64,000 bases of DNA, from the NCBI GenBank assembly GCA_965248195.1, contig CBDFIQ010000002.1, positions 128,001 through 192,000 on the forward strand. The letters run 5' to 3'. The notes under the pieces were generated by a model. That model was not told where the DNA came from. It did not search any database and worked only from the letters and a program-made list of their open reading frames with translations. A program made the translations under genes and the position numbers. Positions 60,546 to 64,000 of this stretch are shown piece after piece; the first letter of the stretch is position 1, and every line of letters begins with the position of its first letter. This DNA comes from Longimicrobiales bacterium. GTDB lineage: Bacteria > Gemmatimonadota > Gemmatimonadetes > Longimicrobiales > Gaopeijiaceae.

Positions 60546-61295
60546 CTACCGGCCACCGTCGCTCGGGCTCGTAACGAGGTTGTGGAAAATCCAGCCATCC
60601 CGTCCCTCGTCGTCCGTGATCCGCACCCACTGCTGCGTATACGAGTGCCCCACCAGCGGCGTTGCAGGATCGAGCGTAAAGAGCACACGAAATCCGAGCC
60701 CCGGCCCCGTGCGCACGTTGCTGCGCCGCGCCGTTGCCAGCGGCACCGGCAACGCGAACAGTACTTCCGTGGGCCGCCGGTCCCCCTGCCTTTCGCTGGT
60801 GAGCCGGAACTCTCCCGCACGGGCCGCGCTGCGGGCCTGGCTCGCCAGGTAAAGCGCACCACCGTAGTTCTCATCGCCGAACTCGGTTGCGCTGAGCATT
60901 AGGAGGTGGCGCGCCTCGATGGATTCAGGCACGTCGTCATCCCCCGCAGCATCGGTAACGGCCTGCACTCCGATTTCGGCTTCCGCCATTGCCGACGCCG
61001 CTTCGGCACGACTGGCCAAGGTCTGCAATCGCGCCATGGCGCGCACGGCTTCTCGTCGCGCCGCATCGAGTTGACGTTGGAGGTTTTCCACCTGGGCCGT
61101 GCGCTCCAGGAGTTGGAGCTGCCCGGTGGCGACGCGCTGTTGGAGCTCCGGATCCGCGCGAACCTCTACGGTGTCGACCACCACCCTCTCGGGTGCCCGT
61201 GTCCCTAGCCGTGCGCCGCTGGCGCACGCCGCCAAGGATACGCTGCACGCGCTGCACAGCACCCATCGGAATCGAAAAGCCAGGTGGTTCCTCAT
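60546..61295 (-). CDS. Coiled-coil + SH3b domain lipoprotein
   Basis: LAAC lipobox; SNVRTGPG...WVRI..GRDGWIF. Confidence 0.8.
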   Translation of the reverse strand: MRNHLAFRFRWVLCSACSVSLAACASGARLGTRAPERVVVDTVEVRADPELQQRVATGQLQLLERTAQVENLQRQLDAARREAVRAMARLQTLASRAEAASAMAEAEIGVQAVTDAAGDDDVPESIEARHLLMLSATEFGDENYGGALYLASQARSAARAGEFRLTSERQGDRRPTEVLFALPVPLATARRSNVRTGPGLGFRVLFTLDPATPLVGHSYTQQWVRITDDEGRDGWIFHNLVTSPSDGGR

Positions 61296-61543
61296 AACAA
61301 AAAGATGTGCACGCCCGGCCCACACCGCCATGAAATTGTTTCGCTTGGACGAGCCGAGCGGTGAGATCGAAAACAACTCGAGGCCGCCCGTTGGCCGCCA
61401 ACCGGCCTCCGATTGGCTAAATCGTTTGGCCAAACCGTGCCGATTTGGTCACTTTTCCCGATCCTTGTCGGGCGGAAGAGGCCGAAAGCTCCTGATTCGC
61501 CCCCGATTTCAGCTTTTTTCGGGGTTCCAGACCCCACCGTGCC

Positions 61544-61558
61544 TGGCACGAGCTTTGC
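61544..61558 (+). promoter_or_regulatory. Sigma54 (-24/-12) promoter
   Basis: Consensus TGGCAC-GAGCT-TTGC. Confidence 0.7.
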
Positions 61559-61661
61559 GATGAGTTAGATGACGGCTCTCCGAGGGGGTGTGCAAGCGAA
61601 CGCGCCTCGAACGTCCCCCTCTGAGATAGCAGCAAAGATAATTAGGGACCTGGAGGCGACG

Positions 61662-62270
61662 GTGCGGAAGATCTATCTACTGGGACTGCTCTACGTTGGC
61701 TTGAGCTTGGTGTACCTCATGGCGGCCGGGGACCCAGATGTGGTCCTTGATGATCCTCCCTTCACGGTCACCATCAACGTCCAGGGCGGGTCCAACGAGG
61801 GCCCCGTGGAACCCGTGGACGCCGTGGGCTGGTTCCGCACCATGAAGGCCTACTGTAACCCGGTGGAGGTGGATACCCGGCTCACATGGAGTCCGGCTCC
61901 CTCATCCGCCGACGGCACCGCGTACGAGGCCGCTTGTTTTGCACTCGCCGGGCGCATCGACTCGGCCCGGGACCGGATTCTCCAACTGCCCGAGGATCAG
62001 CGGTGGAACGCGGCCGGGGTGGTATTCAATGTCGGACATCCGGTTGCGGACGCCGGTGACGACCGTGCCGCCGGCCCCATCATGGAGCTGGTGGTGGAGT
62101 TTTGGCCTAACCATTACATGGCCCTCTATCACGCGGGGGCCGCACGCTACGCCCTGGGCGATCATTCGCCCGCCCATCGGTACCTCGTGAGCTTCCTCGA
62201 GCACTACGCATCCGACGATGGCTGGCGTCGGAATGCCCTGAGCATGATCGCGGAGATCGAGGCCCGATGA
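61662..62270 (+). CDS. Hypothetical membrane-anchored TPR-like protein
   Basis: GTG after GGAGG; N-terminal TM; WPNHYMALYHAG TPR-like helices. Confidence 0.7.
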   Translation: MRKIYLLGLLYVGLSLVYLMAAGDPDVVLDDPPFTVTINVQGGSNEGPVEPVDAVGWFRTMKAYCNPVEVDTRLTWSPAPSSADGTAYEAACFALAGRIDSARDRILQLPEDQRWNAAGVVFNVGHPVADAGDDRAAGPIMELVVEFWPNHYMALYHAGAARYALGDHSPAHRYLVSFLEHYASDDGWRRNALSMIAEIEAR

Positions 62271-63262
62271 GGGATGCCCCGACTTCAGTGAGGGAGGTCG
62301 GCTCCTGCGTTCTTTGCAGCGGTCCCGACAGCCTCGACCTTGCGGTCTGCCTCGATTGCGCGAGTCGCACGGGGGACGGCCTCGTGTTCGTGCGTCAATC
62401 CATCCGGAAGGCTGAGCGCGCGAGGATCGTCGAGCATCTACACGGAATCCTACCGCCAGGGGTCGAGTGGGAAGAGTTCAAGTTGGCTGCCAAGGGCTAT
62501 TTGCCGCTGGCTTCGGTGCCTTTCCCTGCTGCCAAGCAGGTTCTCGAGGCCTTCGCCCGCAAAAGTGTGCCGGCCCAACTCATTCCGAGGCGTTGGGGGG
62601 TGGCTCCGATTCCGCCGGGCCTCGGACTCGTGCTCTTGTCCGTGTTGATGGCGGGCACCCTGGTAGGTCTCGTTTCGGGTCAACTACTCTTCTTTGGGAG
62701 CGCCCTTTACGCCGGCCTTCTCTGGATTCTGGCCCAAATCCATCTCCGGAGACCGGCCGCGTGCGCGGGCAAAAGCGATCCTTGGCTTCCCCGCGACGTC
62801 GAGGAGCGCTTGGTGACGGCTCTCATGAGCTTGCCCGTGGGGACCCCGCGCACGCTCCTTTCGGATGCGGTTCGCCTCGGACGTCTCCTGTGGGAGAGAG
62901 CGAGGGTGACCGAGGACGTCGACATCGTACAGGACACATCCGAGCTCCTGGCTCTCGCCGCCGACGCCGCCACGGATCTGGCGCGGGTCGAGGAGGCCCG
63001 CCGGGTCATGGCGGGCCAGAGAGCCGAGGGCGCGACGGCACCCGTCTCAGATACAGGGGCCCTGCAGGCCATCGAAGCCTCTCGTCAGCGGCTCCACGAC
63101 CTCCTCCTCGACACGGTTCGGGCCATGGGCGGCGCCAACCGACGTCTGCCCGAAGCCGGGGGCCAAGCCGCCGAGCTGGCCCACCTGGCCGACGCCATCG
63201 AGACCAGTCGCGTTGCCCAGGCGGGAGCCGTCGCCGAAGTGGAGCGGCTGCTGGTGTCCTGA
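62267..63262 (+). CDS. Hypothetical zinc-finger membrane protein
   Basis: CVLC..CLDC, two TM helices, helical C-terminus; ATGA coupling. Confidence 0.7.
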   Translation: MRDAPTSVREVGSCVLCSGPDSLDLAVCLDCASRTGDGLVFVRQSIRKAERARIVEHLHGILPPGVEWEEFKLAAKGYLPLASVPFPAAKQVLEAFARKSVPAQLIPRRWGVAPIPPGLGLVLLSVLMAGTLVGLVSGQLLFFGSALYAGLLWILAQIHLRRPAACAGKSDPWLPRDVEERLVTALMSLPVGTPRTLLSDAVRLGRLLWERARVTEDVDIVQDTSELLALAADAATDLARVEEARRVMAGQRAEGATAPVSDTGALQAIEASRQRLHDLLLDTVRAMGGANRRLPEAGGQAAELAHLADAIETSRVAQAGAVAEVERLLVS

Positions 63263-63392
63263 GTCAGAATTCCAGCGAGTTTGGTGGGGATTTGCCATCG
63301 CGTGTTTCAAGGCTGTAATGTGTGGGTCCCGTCACGCGAATCCGAGTGGATCGATCCTCCATTCCCCTACACAACGACGCAAGGAGTCAGTG

Positions 63393-63968
63393 ATGAGCAG
63401 CCCTGAGATGAGCTCTAGCGATACCCCCATCGACAACGGCGTGAACGTCCAAGCGCTGCTCGACGCACGGAAAGCGCTGGCCGAGGCGCCTGAGGCCGCC
63501 GAGTTCCAGTGGCGGGCGAAGTGTGAGTGGGTGGAGGGCACCCGCAGTCGCTCCACAGTGGAGGGATTCTTCGGACTCGGCGAGGAGCAGAATCACAAGA
63601 GTGAATTCACCTTCGACGCCGACCACCCCGAGGTCTTCGCGTCGGAAGACCGTGGTGCGACGCCGGTCGAGATCGTGCTGGCCGGCCTGGCGAGCTGCCT
63701 CACTGCCGGCATCGCGTCCGTCGCCCAGCTTCGTGAGATCCAGCTGCATTCCGTCACCGCGACCGTCGAGGGTGGGATGGACATCCAGGGCATCCTCGGC
63801 ATGGACAGCGACGTACGGAACGGTTTCCACGGTATCAAGGTGACCTACACGATCGACGCAGACGCAACATCCGACGAGATCAAGGCGATCGTCGCCCAGT
63901 CGCAGAAGCGGTCGGCCGTCTTCGACGCGATCACGAACCCAACGAACGTCACGATGGTGTCCCGCTGA
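63393..63968 (+). CDS. OsmC family protein
   Basis: NGVNV, DHPEVF, TPVEIVLAGLASCL, RSAVFD; AAGGAG RBS. Confidence 0.88.
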   Translation: MSSPEMSSSDTPIDNGVNVQALLDARKALAEAPEAAEFQWRAKCEWVEGTRSRSTVEGFFGLGEEQNHKSEFTFDADHPEVFASEDRGATPVEIVLAGLASCLTAGIASVAQLREIQLHSVTATVEGGMDIQGILGMDSDVRNGFHGIKVTYTIDADATSDEIKAIVAQSQKRSAVFDAITNPTNVTMVSR

Positions 63969-64000
63969 CAGTTGAAGGTGGTGGCTCCGGAGAGTCTCCT

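Noticed and set aside
1..64000. rRNA, tRNA (including tRNA-Sec), CRISPR, prophage or defence genes
   Set aside because: None recognised by eye; tRNAscan-SE, Infernal and DefenseFinder would be needed to exclude them

Overview
High-GC bacterial window. Gene content and order (holA, mutS, cbs, ddl, rhomboid, fusA2, yebC-ruvCAB-queA) resemble Gemmatimonadota; this is an inference. About 1-36 kb is mostly housekeeping and 36-64 kb is accessory. Main observations: (1) a SAM methyltransferase split by an in-frame TGA in a Cys-TGA motif with an adjacent SECIS-like hairpin, a probable selenoprotein; (2) a cluster of sterol desaturase, two GH3 acyl-amido synthetases, an enolase-superfamily enzyme, a YUCCA-like flavin monooxygenase, GtrA and a 25-aa coupled peptide, a candidate uncharacterised acyl-amide pathway; (3) two MITEs and a collapsed remnant, each sitting on a TAG stop codon; (4) a membrane diguanylate cyclase split by an IS3 element, whose severed C-terminus is a histone-H1-like basic tail; (5) a 1053-aa protein with 405-bp acidic tandem repeats, a receiver domain and a tail anchor; (6) a 3-keto-glycoside catabolism locus; (7) several deletion or duplication scars. 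No rRNA, tRNA or CRISPR array was recognised.
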